Source of the DNA: Octopus sinensis
Lineage: Eukaryota
DNA length: 64,000 nt
NCBI RefSeq assembly: GCF_006345805.1
Contig: NC_043010.1
Coordinates: forward strand, 62,062,001 to 62,126,000
Reading direction: 5' to 3'
Below the pieces are notes generated by a model, which had not been told where the DNA came from, ran no database searches, and worked only from the letters and a program-made list of their open reading frames with translations. The translations under genes and the position numbers were made by a program. This document shows positions 13,100-25,883 of the stretch, in pieces (position 1 is the stretch's first letter; every line of letters begins with the position of its first letter).

Positions 13100-14340
13100 C
13101 GCTGTGACGGTGAAGGCGGCGGCGGCGGAGGTGGTGGTGGTGGCGGTGGTGGTGGTGGCGGGGACGTAGATGCAACAACCACAACAGCAGCAGCAGCAGC
13201 TGAATGGATCGGGAGGTTTTGTTTGTTTTTTTCTATATTTATTAATAATTTTTTGGTTTCTTTTTCTTTTCTTTTCTTTTCTTTTCCTTTTTTTTTTATT
13301 TTTTCCCGTGTAAGCTGCTGTGAAGGCGGATGTTTTTTATAACGGGGCACTTGCACCGCTTCCGTGTAGTGTAATAAATTATCATATCTTGTCACCGCCC
13401 CACCCCACCCAACCACCACCGTCTCATTGCTACCGTGGTTTCCCACCACCGCCTCCATCACCGCCATCACCCGCATCTCCGCACATATCATTGCCCTTCC
13501 CCTTCCCTCCTTCCTCGCCGTTTCCCACCGCCACCAATCCCACCCCCTGGCGCTAACTCCAACAGCCTCTGCCGCCGCTACACTTATTGCTCCACCGCAA
13601 TCACCACCGCCACCACCACCACCACTACTACTACTCCAGCCACCACCATCATTAGCATCATCGCCATCTCCACACTCTCCAGCACCACCGTCACCACCGC
13701 CATCACCACCGCCGCCACCACCACCACCACCGTCGACACTACCATCGCTATGACCGCCACTACCACTCTCACGGCCACCACCACCACCACCACCACCACT
13801 ACTACTACTACTACTCCAGCCACCACCATCATTAGCATCATCGCCATCTGCACACCCGCCAGCACCACCGTCACCAACACCATCACCACCGCTACCACCA
13901 CCGCCATCACAACCACCACCACCATCGCCACTACCATCGCTATGACCTCCACTACCACTCTCACGGCCCCACCACCACATCGTTACCACCGCCATCACCA
14001 CCACTATCACCGCCACCACCGCCACCATCCATGACCCTTGCCGCCCCGATATCGCCATCGCCATAAATCCTGTTGTCCCACCTCTTACCATCACTCTTTC
14101 GCTACCACCTCAACAACTACGTTATCCCAGCGCAAACCTCACCATCGCCAGTATTTCTCATCACCATAGCTATGTTATCCCATGGCAACTACTTTCGCCA
14201 TCACCACCACCGCTGTGTTACCCCAGCATGAAATTTCAGCAACGCCACCAGTTATCCCACTGCTACCACCACCACTACCACCACTCCACCACCACCACCA
14301 CCCCATCATCATCACCACCATCAACACCAGCATGATCACC
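13100..14340. repeat. (CAC/CAT/CGC)n low-complexity tract with a 180-bp tandem duplication
   Basis: ctccagccaccaccatcattagcatcatcgccatct occurs at 13634 and 13814. Confidence 0.85.
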
Positions 14341-14399
14341 ATTTCAATGGCCATGTTGACCCACCCCCACCACCGGTAGCATGAACCAACTGACCAAGG

Positions 14400-15230
14400 C
14401 GTCTCTTCGTAATCTCGCGGTTTCCTTGAAATAGCAGCCAAATCTCTCTCTCTCCAATCACACTGACTTAAAAAAAGGAAGGACACATCGTCATAAACAG
14501 TTTCTGGTAACAACAACAACAACAAAGAAAAAGAAAAAAAAAAGGTGACAGTCTCGGGTGGAACGTTCATGATCATTGATTCGATTGCTGGATCCGAGTT
14601 ATCCTGTGGTTAAACAACACTAACATATTGATAATACAGTCCATTCGGGGGGGGGGAAGACCGGATGGCCACAGCTGGAACGTCTGATATGGATCGGGCC
14701 TGACCTAGGGCTAAAACAGCACTACCACACTTTACAGCTGGTCAATTGGTCTGCTAAAAATAACAGCCAAATTTTCCTCAAGCCATTTCTGCCGTCTTCA
14801 AAAAGGCAAGGACATACTGGATTGATGTAGTCCTTGATAGACTGTGCCTGAAAAAAGCAGGATGGTCATGTTTGGAATGATTTTAATTATAGTTTTACTA
14901 TTTCTAGCCTCAAGCAGGTGAAATAGCCTCTGCATGGTCACTGGATCTGCTAGAAATAGCAGCCAAATCTCTATCAAAAACTGCTGCATTAGGCTTTGCA
15001 AATCTTGGATGGAAGATCACGACTGGATCGTCTTTGATCATAGATCTGTACGGATCGGGGCTGACCTGGGGTTAAATAGTACAAGCGCCAACGATATTAA
15101 CAACACATGTAGACCTGCTAGAAATAGCAGTAAAACATTTTATTGTCTTGATAGAGATTATATTTGAGTGTGGGGTGGTCGAGGCTGGAACGCCTTTGGT
15201 CATAATTTTGATCAGGAATGACCTGAAATG
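14400..15230 (+). repeat. Cluster of degenerate copies of a dispersed repeat (ctgctagaaatagcagccaaat / ggatggtcatg..ctttgatcata..gacctggggctaaa)
   Basis: About four local copies; the same motifs recur at ~1340-1450, 23760-23930 and 50600-50860. Confidence 0.5.
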
Positions 15231-16260
15231 ATGAGAAGAATGATAATGAGAGGGGAAGTGAGGTGTAAGGTGAGTAAAGGTGAGAGTGAGAAAATAATGG
15301 GAGAGGAAGAGTGAGGTGTAGTGAGAGTGGAGGTAATAATGCGATTGAGAGAGGGAGAGAAGAGGAGTGGTGACGGCAAGAATGAAGGAAATAATGGGAG
15401 GGGGGAAGCGTTAAGAGAGTAAAGGTGAGAGTGCAGAAATAATGGGAGAGGGAGAACGAAAGAAATGTTGAGAGGTGTAGGGAGAGTGAGGGATGTGAGA
15501 AGTGAAAGAAAGAATGAAATATAGGAAAGAAAGAAAGATATGAAGGAAAAAAATTCAAGAAGATTTGTTAAAAAATGTAAGAGGAAAGAAATGAAGGAAT
15601 TGGGAAGGAAGAGCGGAAAGAATGAAAGAAGATTGGAAAGGAAGAAGGGGAGGATGATATATCTATATTGGTGGGGGGGGGGGATGAAAGAAGGGAAATG
15701 AGGTAAGGAAGGGGGGGATTTGGTGGGAAGGAAGGAAGAATTAAGAGATGGGAATAAAGATGGGGAAGGAATTTAAAAAAGAATCTGAAGGAATAAAAAG
15801 GATGAAATGGGAAAAAAAGGACTGTGAAGAAAACACGCAGAGAAAGAATGAGTATAAAAACAAATGAGAGAAGGAAGGATGTTAGTGAATGAAAGCAGGT
15901 AAAAATGAATTTATGTACAAGTGAATTTATAATGAATGAGTTTATAGATGAATGAAAGGAAAATTGAAAGAGGTGGAATGAAAGATCGTGACAGAAAGTA
16001 GAGAGAAAAGAAAGAAATTAATGAAGGTGGAAAGGATGAAGGAAAATGAAACACAGAAAGGATGAAGAAAAAATGAATGAATGAAACTGATAAGGAAGGA
16101 GGAAATTGAAGGAGAATTTGCAAAGACAAAATAATTTTATAGTAAAACTAAAAACAAAGAAGAAGGATGAAAACAGTCAGTGAAAGAATGGTTTAAAAGG
16201 AATAAAAGAATGAAGGATATTGTGGGATTGGGGAATAAAGGAAATTCAAAGAGAGGAGGC
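15230..16260 (+). repeat. ~1-kb polypurine-rich tract
   Basis: Almost no C on the + strand; GA/GGAA-rich. Confidence 0.9.
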
Positions 16261-16323
16261 AGCAAAATAATAATAATAATAATAATTAATTCGTTTATTG
16301 GCCACAAGGGCTAACAAAAATCA

Positions 16324-16357
<34 letters not shown>

Positions 16358-17003
16358 TCAGACGGGTAGTCATCATGGGTATACTGGGCTTTGTATATTT
16401 TACCCCAGTGTCACTTTGATGGCATGCACTGCTCTCTCACTCACTCAATAATAATAATAAATAATTTTAAAAGGTATGAAAGTACGAATGAAGACAGGAG
16501 AGCAAAAAGGAACAAGAAGGAAACAGGCAGAGAAAGAATGAAATAAATACATAAAAGAAGAAAAAAGGGGGTAAGAAGGAGAAGAATGGATATGACGAGG
16601 GTAGGTAATAAAAATGGCAGCCGTTTGCCTCAGAATCAGGTATAAGGAGACCTCATAAAAAAAAAACGAAAAACAGAAGTGAAACAATCCAGTAGGTCAG
16701 GGGGGGGGACTGACCCCTGGACCCAAACAAAGAACTCCTCATTTACTTTCAGACAATTTCCCAGCTGTATTCCCCGGTCTACTCATATCATACTGAGTGT
16801 AACTCCTTCACTTAAGTCATACTCAACATTCTCATACAGCTTTCTGTAAATTTACTGGAGTGTAGTTGGAGTCAATGAGGGTTTGGCCTCTGAGAGAAGT
16901 GCCGGTCTTCTCAGTTCTTTGAATGCTGTCCATGACATTATCTCTTTAACCATAGCTACTAGACATACTAAAACTACCAAAGCGACATATATACTATACT
17001 TGA

Positions 17004-17240
17004 GTAAGGCGGCGAGCTGGCAGAAATGTTAGCATGCCAAGCAAAATGCTTAGCGGTATTTCGTCTGTCATTACGTCCTGAGTTCAAATTCCGCCGAGGT
17101 CGACTTTGCCTTTCATCCTTTCGGGGGTCGATAAATAAAGTACCAGTTTCACACTGGGGTCGATGTAATTGACTTGATCCCTTTGTCTGTCCTTGTTTGT
17201 CTCCTCTATGTTTAGCCCCTTGTGGGTAGTAAAGAAAAAT
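17004..17240 (+). mobile_element. tRNA-derived SINE family C with TSD (tandem neighbour at 17386-17622; other copies ~19485-19690, ~52150-52335)
   Basis: ggcggcgagctggcagaa head, gagttcaaattcc B box, central gcctttcatcctttcggggtcgataaa block; 15-bp TSD with one mismatch, atatac(t/c)atacttga, at 16989-17003 and 17241-17255. Confidence 0.85.
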
Positions 17241-17977
17241 ATATACCATACTTGATGAAATATAAGACACACGACCATGTTAGATGCAATACACTTTCAG
17301 CATCACATATTCTGGCAAAAACGATTCTTAATGCATCAAAACATGTAATATACGCCTAACTTTGCACACAGGATCCAGGTTGGATCAAAGGCGGCGAGCT
17401 GGCGGAAACTTTAGCACACTGGGTGAAATGCGTAGCCGTATTTTGTCTGCCGTTACGTTCTGAGTTCAAATTCCGCCAAGGTCGACTTTGCCTTTCATCC
17501 TTTTGGGGTCGATTAAATAAGTACCAGTTACACTCTGGGGTCAATATAATCGACTTAATCCATTTGTCTGTCCTTGTTTGTCCTCTCTGTGTTTAGCCCC
17601 TTGTGGGTAGTAAAGAAATAGGTGTATCTTATTTACCATGAAGTTTGGTAGTTTCAAATTTAGTTACAAGGCCAGAAATTTCAAGGCAGTGCTTTTGACA
17701 ATACCATGAACTCCAGTACTTGACTGGGACTTTATTTTATCAAACCCCCGGGAAGATGAAAAACAAGGTTGACCACAGCTGGATGAAAACTGGTTTGACA
17801 TGTATCCTACATGACAATGTCTAATGAACACAACTCCATAACTCAGCAATACCTGGACACTCTAGGTCTGCAGCTCTCAACCATTTTTTTTAATTTACAG
17901 ACCCATTTGAGTCCTATGTTACTCTGGTGGACCCTCATAGCCATTTCATGTTTTAAAAGCCCTATAATACTTCTATA

Positions 17978-18389
17978 CTCTTTTACTTTTTTACTTGTTT
18001 CAGTCATTTGACTGTGGCCATGCTGGAGCACCGCCTTTAGTCGAGCAAATCGACACCAGGACTTATTCTCTGAAAGCCTAGTACTTATTCTATCAGTCTC
18101 TTTTGCTGTACTGCTAAGTTACAGGGGATGTAAACACACCAGCATCGGTTGTCAAGCGATGTTGGGGGAACAAACACAGACACACAAACACACACACACA
18201 TATATGTATACATATACATATATACGACGGGCTTCTTTCAGTTTCCATCTACCAAATCCACTCACAAGGCTTTGGTCAGTCCGAGGTTATAGTAGAAGAC
18301 ACTTGCCCAAGGTGCCACACAGTGGGACTGAACCTGGAACCATGTGGTTGGTAAGCAAGCTACTTACCACACAGCCACTCCTGCACCTA
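17978..18389 (-). mobile_element. SINE family A, full length
   Basis: Complete from the tRNA-like head (aggtgcaggagtggctgtgtggtaag) to the gtaaaa tail. Confidence 0.85.
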
Positions 18390-19058
18390 TAGTTAAATAT
18401 TATTAGGAACTGCATAAAAAAAAAATTGTTTTGTGTATTTTAGGTATCATAAGCAGTCTATTGCTTGTAATTTTTAACATCAAAATCTTATATGAACCCC
18501 GGTTAAGAACAACTGTTCCAGTTTGATAGCCAGACATTTTGTGGGAACGAGCACTGTGCTGATGGCACATGAAACATTTGAGCGAGGTATTCAGCAGTGC
18601 CGCTGGACTGGCTCCTGTGCAGGTGGCACAGGTAAAAAGCACCAATTGGGCGTGGCCGTTGCCAGTGCTACCAAACTGGCCCTCGTGCCGGTGGCACGTA
18701 AAAGCACCCACTACACTCTTGGAGTGGTTGGCATTAGGAAGGGCATCCAGCTGTAGAAACTCTGCCAGATCAGATTGGAGTCTGGTTCGCCAGACCTCAG
18801 TCAGATCGTCCAACCCATGCTAGCATGGAAAGCGGACGTTAAATGATGATGATGATGATGATTGGTTTTAGCCATTAGACTGCAGCCATGCTGGAGCACC
18901 ACTGCCAACAGATTGAGAATTGATATTCACTCTAGGACTTCTTTTCTCAATTGATGTTTTATCAAATCACTAAGTTAAGCTTATTGATGGTTGACATAAT
19001 CACGTACAAATATATGAACATACATACAGATACATTTACATGCATGAGTTGCATACAT

Positions 19059-19429
19059 TTCTGGCACTCGGTTGGTTACAGCTACGAGGGTTCCAGTTGA
19101 TCCGATCAACGGAATAGCCTGCTCGTGAAATTATCATGCAAGTGGCTGAGTACTCCACAGACATGTGTACCCTTAACGTAGTTCTCAGGGAGATTCAGTG
19201 ACAAGGCTTGCCCTTTGAAATACAGGTACGTCAGAAAGAGGAAGAAAGAGTGAGAGAAAGTTGTGGTGGAAGTATACAGCAGGGTTCGCCACCACCCCAC
19301 TGCTGGAGCCACGTAGGGCTTTAGGTGTTTTTGCTCAATAAACACTCACCATGCTCGATCTGAGAATCAAAACCACAATCCTATGACCACGAGTCCACTG
19401 CCCTAACCACTGGACCATTGTGCCTCCAC
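19059..19429 (-). mobile_element. Chimeric SINE (family D head plus family G tail) with TSD
   Basis: 12-bp TSD agttgcatacat at 19047-19058 and 19430-19441. Confidence 0.8.
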
Positions 19430-20349
19430 AGTTGCATACATAGATAATACAAACTTCTAATATATGCATACATACATGAAGGGCAGTTTGCTGGCAGAAT
19501 CGTTAGCACATCGGTATTTCATCAGCCATTACATTCTGAGTTCAAATTCTGCCGAGGTCAACTTTGCTTTCATTCTTTCAGGTGTTAAATAAGTACCAGT
19601 TACGCACTGGGGTCGATGTAATCGACTTAATCCCTTTATCTGTCCTAGTTTGTCCTCTCTATGTTTAGCACCCTGTGGCCAATAAACAAATAAATATATG
19701 CATACATACATACAAATGTACAGACATACATAACATCATAGCTTTGTGTTGAGAGGAATTATTTGAGGTTTGAATAATTCCCTCCTGGAAATATGGGTAT
19801 TTTGTTCATCATCCTTAAACAACCTTTATTCAGAGGCCTTTTGAGCAGGACAGGCTAATCAACCTGCAAAATCCTAACTAGGCCCCACTTGCAAGGACAT
19901 GCGTTGTATATCTTGATATGAGATCACCATGTTGCACACATATAGTTGTAGTGCCAGTGTCTGGTCAGGGCTGGCTCAAGGTACCAGAAACTTGGGCAGT
20001 TACCCAGGGAACCATCTGCTTTTTAGTCTGCATTTTCAGTTTTTCTCCTTGTGAAAGTTTTAAAAGATCATACTTGTAAGGGTGCCGAAGTTCAGCTTGC
20101 CTGGTGCGCCAGCAACTTTAGGGCTGGCCCCATGTCTGGTGTACACTTATCAGATGGGTATACTGGGTTTTGTATATTTGTGCCCCGGCATCACTTTGAT
20201 GGAATGTGCTGCTTGCTCTCTCACTCACACAAACGCACATATGCACACACACACACACACATTCCATTGTTCAATGTAATAAATCTGTTCCTCAGATCCA
20301 AAACCCCTGCACCGACAGTTTCTTCTCTATTTCTCCTTTTTCTCACAAT

Positions 20350-20481
20350 GCACAATACAAATATCTGGACATTGATGAAAATATATCATTTGAGGGTTCT
20401 GTGAGCAAAGAGAGAGCGATCCGAAAATATTACACCAAATGCAGAAAAATGTGGCAGTTGGAGTTCTCCTCCAGACATTAA
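20350..20481 (+). mobile_element. R4/Dong-like non-LTR retrotransposon RT fragment
   Basis: QYKYLDIDENISFEGSVSKERAIRKYYTKCRKMWQLEFS resembles the YKYLGI.E....KE...KEY..R.RKI...EL segment of R4/Dong-clade RTs (recognition from memory). Confidence 0.5.
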
Positions 20482-20694
20482 CTGGAAACTTCCACAGAAA
20501 CAGAAATATTGACAGGCGATACCTCAGGAGAGATGCAACAGATAGAAGCTTGTGATTAGAGCAGCCGGGCGTTTAATGTCGTAAATATATGTGCATGTGT
20601 GTATGTGCATATATGTATGTGAGTGTTTGTGTGTATATATGTGTGTATGTGTGTACATATATATATGTGTGCGTATATACAGAGTGTGACGTAT

Positions 20695-20838
20695 TTTTTT
20701 ACCAACCACATGGTCCTGGGTTCAGTCCCACTGTGCGACACCTTGGGCATGTGTCTTCTACAATGGCCTCTGGCTGACCAAAACCTTGAGAGGGGAATTG
20801 GTAGACGGAAACTGGAAGAAGCCCGTTGTATATGTTTG

Positions 20839-20887
<49 letters not shown>

Positions 20888-21138
20888 TATACATATGTGT
20901 GTGTGTGTGTGTGTGTTTGTGTGTATGTTTTGTGTTCTGTGTTTGTCCCCCAACATCACTTGACAACCGATGCTGGTGTGTTTGCATCCATGTAACCTAG
21001 CGGTTCAGCAAAAGAGACCAATAGAATAAGTACTAGGCTTACAAAGAAGAAGCTCTGGGGTCCATTTGCTTGACTAAAGGTGGTGCTCCAGCATGACCTC
21101 AGTCAAATGACTGAAACAAGTAAAAGAATAAAAGAGTA
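20695..21138 (+). mobile_element. SINE family A
   Basis: Plus-strand copy with an expanded internal (TA)n/(TG)n. Confidence 0.8.
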
Positions 21139-21877
21139 TATATATATATACCGGAGTAAACACATAAATGTGAAACAAGGTGGAAAAAAGAGTACTCAAA
21201 TACCAGTGGTAGAGTAATATGCTTTATTTTTATGTATTATTTCTAGCAAAAACTGTCCGATGAACAGCAACGGGAAACTCAGAGTAACAAATTTTCTGCT
21301 GCTTTAAATAAAGTATATGAATATAAATGGCGGTGCCCCAGCATGGCCACAGCTCATTAGCTGAAACTGGAAAATCAAAATCAAAATCAAAATATACACA
21401 CACACTCACACACACACACACACATATATATATATAAGTGTGTGTGTTATTATAAAAGGGATACAAACGGCTGTCGAGTACTACAATTGCTTCTAAAGCA
21501 CATCAGACGGTTGTGGGACATTTGAAGTGATACATAAATTACATCCCATGGGCTTTTGAAACAATTGTAGTACTCAACGACATTATAAGCAACGTTTGTT
21601 ACTTTCCACGTAGAGTTATATATCACCTGTCATCATTCCGGAATTTCCTGCGTAATCTCGATACGGGACGAACTGTATTTGATACAGTGATCATTATATT
21701 TTATTGATTAATTATCGAATCACGTGTATTTTCTATACAACCGTATTTACACTTGGGACAAATTAGCTGCATGACACCACAATCACTCGATTAATCCTAC
21801 AACATTATATGTAGATATATGGCCACAGCCTTAGGGGTGAAACATGTAAAAGAATAAAACAATATATATGTATATAG

Positions 21878-23248
21878 ATGAAAGGTTGCTGAATAAAGAA
21901 AATGAATGGGAGAAAGAGAGTCTGCTGAATGTCGACCCAACAAAGGGACCAGCTATCCAAGTTGACAGTACCTTGGTAGATAAAGCAATTAAGACTATGA
22001 AGACAGGGAAAACCCCCGGCCCATCAGGAATCACTGCAGAGATGCTCAGAATATATGGCAGCGTCAGCTATAGCCTAGTCACCTGTATAGTTAACCAGGT
22101 GATACACAAAGGAGTCATATTCAATGACTGGTGTAGCAGCATAATAGTCAACTGCTACAAATGTAAAGGTGACGCTTTAGATACAAATAATTACAGAGGT
22201 ATCAAACTGTTGGATCAGGTAATGAAGGTCACGGAGAGGGTCATAGCCCAACTAATTAGGGAGAGAGTCAGTTTAGATGAGATGCAGTTTGGTTTCATGC
22301 CATGGAAAAGCACCACTGATGCTATATTTCTGGTAAGACAGCTTCAGGAGAAATATCTAGCTAAAGATAAGCCCCTGTACCTGGCTTTTGTTGACATGGA
22401 GAACGCCTTTCACAGGGTCCCTCGATCCCTTATCTGGTGGTCAATGAGGAAACTAGAGATAGAGGAATGGTTAGTGAGAGCTGTACAAGCTATGTAGAGG
22501 GACACTGTCTGTAAGGTAAGGGTTGGCAACAAGTACAGTGAAGAATTCTGGGTAGAGGTAGGGGTCCACCAAGGTTCAGTCCTCAGCCCTCTCATATTTA
22601 TCATAGTCCTTCAGACAATAACAGAGGAATTCAAGACAGGGTGCCCCTGGGAGCTCCTCTCTGCTAATGACCTTGCTCTAATTGCTGAGTCACTATCAGA
22701 ACTAGAGGAGAAGTTTCAGGTGTGGAAGCAAGGATTAGAATCGAAGGGCCTTAGAGTCAACCTAGCTAAAACCAAAGTCCTAATAAGTAGGAAGGCAGGC
22801 AAACTACAAATCCCTTCAGGTAGATGGCTCTGCTCAATCTGTAGAAAAGGCGTAGGTAGAAACTCTGTAAGATGTACCCAGTGTAAGCTATGGACGCATA
22901 AGAGGTGCAGTAATATCAAAAGAAGGCTAACTGGGAAGATAGTTATTGTATGTGGCAGATGATCAGGAGCAATAAACACTGAAAATGTGCAGAGAACAAC
23001 TTCTGCCACATTCCGGGGAGAAAAACTAGAAGTAGTTGATAGCTTCTGTTACCTAGGTGACCAAGTCAGTAGCCGGGGTGGATGCACTGAGAGTGTAGCT
23101 GCTAGAATAAGAATAGTCTGGGCAAAGTTCAGAGAGCTCTTACCTCTGCTGGTGACAAAGGGCCTCTCGCTCAGGGTAACAAGTAGACTGTATGATGCAT
23201 GTATACAAACAGCCATGCTACATGGCAGTGAAACATGGGCTGTGACTG
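21878..23248 (+). mobile_element. RTE-clade LINE reverse-transcriptase fragment, inactivated
   Basis: One reading frame with stops at 22495 and 22960. RT motifs NYRGIKLL, QFGFMP..STTDAIF, AFVDMENAF, GVHQGSVLSP, YADD mutated to SAND (22660-22671), FCYLGD and HGSETW. Truncated at both ends. Confidence 0.92.
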
Positions 23249-24457
23249 ATTAGCTTTAGAGCACTCAATATGATTAAACACCTCAATTGGCCGAATAATG
23301 AAATACCTCATAAATTCATGTCTTAGACATATGCATATATGAAGAGTATATGAGAATAGAGTATATGCATGTATGTGTGCATGTGTGCATGTTTATGTGT
23401 GTGCATGTATGTATGCTGCAATGAATATGTATACACATGAGAAAGTAGATGAAAAAAAAAATTTTTTATAGAATCAATGTTAATTTTCTGGAACCCATGG
23501 TTTCACGCAGACAAAAACTAGCATTTATTCAACCGGAATTCAAATGACTCGATACAGTGACAGATAAATGGATGGCCAGACAAAGATACAGCTAAATGGA
23601 TGGATGGACATACAGACAGATTGTATAATCATGTTTATAAAATTGACTTGTATTCAATTTTGTAAACATATATAATGTTAAATATATACACCTCCTTTCC
23701 AACATTGTTGAACGATAATATATGTTTGTGTTGGAAAGGAGCTACTAAAGAGCCAGGGATTATCCACAAGTGTGTAACCTGCTAAATATAGCTCCTAAAT
23801 ATCCCTCAAACCATAGACATGTTGCCTCAGAAAAGAACAAGTTGAATTACGTGTTTCTGGGTTCCCTGCATGTAGAAAAACTGCTGTATGGGTCTGCTCG
23901 ATCAGGACCGACCTGGGGCTAAATAGCAACAGCTTAATATTTTTTCTTTGTACATATTGTATGTATGTATATATAAGTATATAGGTATAAGGTATATGTG
24001 TGGCCCAGCATCAAACCAGTACCACAGCTTCAAGGTACACACACACACACACACACAATCATATAGAGGCATACACATATATAGTCTCAGATATGTAAGG
24101 GATTTATGAAAAGGAAAAAAAAAACCTGGATCTCTGCCAGTTTCCATGGTGACTAATCCAGTTGTTGAATCAATTGAATCAGCTATTTATTCAATATCAG
24201 ACATAGGTGGCCGAGTAGACCACAGACATATGTACCGTTAATGTAATCCTGAGGTAGAATTACCATATTTGGTATGGGCGAGACTAACAAACACCATTTG
24301 CTGGATTCCCCCCATAAGGGCATGGATTGTCCTGAAGTTATAATAAGATACTCTCTGACGGAGACGGAACCCATCACCTCACGATTCAGAAGCGAAATTA
24401 ACTATTCACCTACATATACCACCTGCCCATATATGTATATATGTGTGTGTATATATA

Positions 24458-24540
<83 letters not shown>

Positions 24541-25240
24541 TAATAATAAATATTAGGGAATAAATCCAAATTTACAGGGAAAAATCAATTTAGGATTGAA
24601 TCCAATTTTATAGCAAAATATTATATAATATTATTAGAGACAAAACCACTATTTTGCAAATCAAACAAAGAAAGACTTAAGCCAATACATAAAAAATTTT
24701 TTAATATAAATTAATAAAATTAAATTCGCCACGAATTTATTTTATTTAATTTATAAATTTTTTTTATGTATTGGATTAAGTCTTTCTTTGTTTGATTTGC
24801 AAAATAGTGGTTTTGTCTCTAATTAATATTATATATATATATATATGTATATATGTGTATGTATATATATATATATATATATATAGTTCAGTAAAATTTA
24901 GATTCAGTTGAATATGGTACTTAAGTTAAAGGCACCAGAATTTAGTATGGTATTATCCATATAATTCAAAATGGAGTGATTATAATCAAAATAAGCAACA
25001 AGGATATCCAGAGGTAATGCATTACCTCTGGATATCCTTCTTGCTTATTTTGATTATATATTTATATATATACTTTTTTTAAAAGCAGCAGAAATATAAC
25101 AAAAGCTGTTACTCAGAGTTTCACATTCCTGTTCGTTGGACAGTTTAGATAAAGCATATTACTCTACCTCTGGTATTTGAGTACTCCTTTTTCCACCTTG
25201 TTTCACATTTATGTGCTTATCCGCTATATATATATATATA

Positions 25241-25810
25241 TACAATGGGCTTCTTTCAGTTTCTGTCTACCAAATCCACTCACAAGGCTTTGGTTGGCCT
25301 GAGGTTATAGTAGAAGACACTTGCTCAAGGTGCCATGCAGTGGGACTGAACCCAGAATGAAGTGGTTGGGAAGCAAGCTACTTACTACACAGCCACACCT
25401 ATGCCTATATGGCACCTTGAGCAAGTGTCTTCTACTATAATCTCAGGCCAACCAAAGCCTTGTGAGTGGATTTGGTAGACAGAAACTGAAAGAAGCCCAT
25501 TGTATATATATATGTGTCTCTGTGTTCGTCACCTGTGTCTCCAGGACTTATTCTTACAGGGATGTAACCATACCAACACTGGTTGTCAAGCGATGGTGGG
25601 GGGACAAACACAAACAACCATATACATATATATGCATATTTATGACGGGCTTCTTTCAGTTTCCTTCAACCAAATCCATTCACAATGCTTTGGTCAGTCC
25701 AAGGCTATAGTAGAAGACATTTGCCCAAGGTGCCATGCAGTGGGACTGAACCCAGAACCATATGGTTGGTAAGTAAGCTTCTTACCACTCAACCACTCCT
25801 GCACCTATAT
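25241..25810. mobile_element. SINE family A cluster: fold-back pair (25241-25504) plus a further minus copy (~25560-25810)
   Basis: Family A motifs in both orientations. Confidence 0.8.
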
Positions 25811-25834
25811 ATATATATATGTATATATATATAT

Positions 25835-25883
<49 letters not shown>

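Noticed and set aside
13063-14094. 343-aa Gly-rich minus ORF and 199-aa Thr-rich plus ORF (mucin- or glycine-rich-like)
   Set aside because: Both strands and several frames are open because of (CAC)n; no domain and no credible splice or start context.
16760-16960. Acceptor-like tttactttcag followed by unique-looking sequence
   Set aside because: Plus frames close quickly, and the minus strand weakly resembles a decayed RTE (SWTAFKELR), so it is not called as an exon.
21625-21685. Minus-strand IQFVPYRDY resembling the copine VQFVPFRDF motif
   Set aside because: Closed by stops on both sides, weak acceptor, and no other copine exons seen; probably chance.
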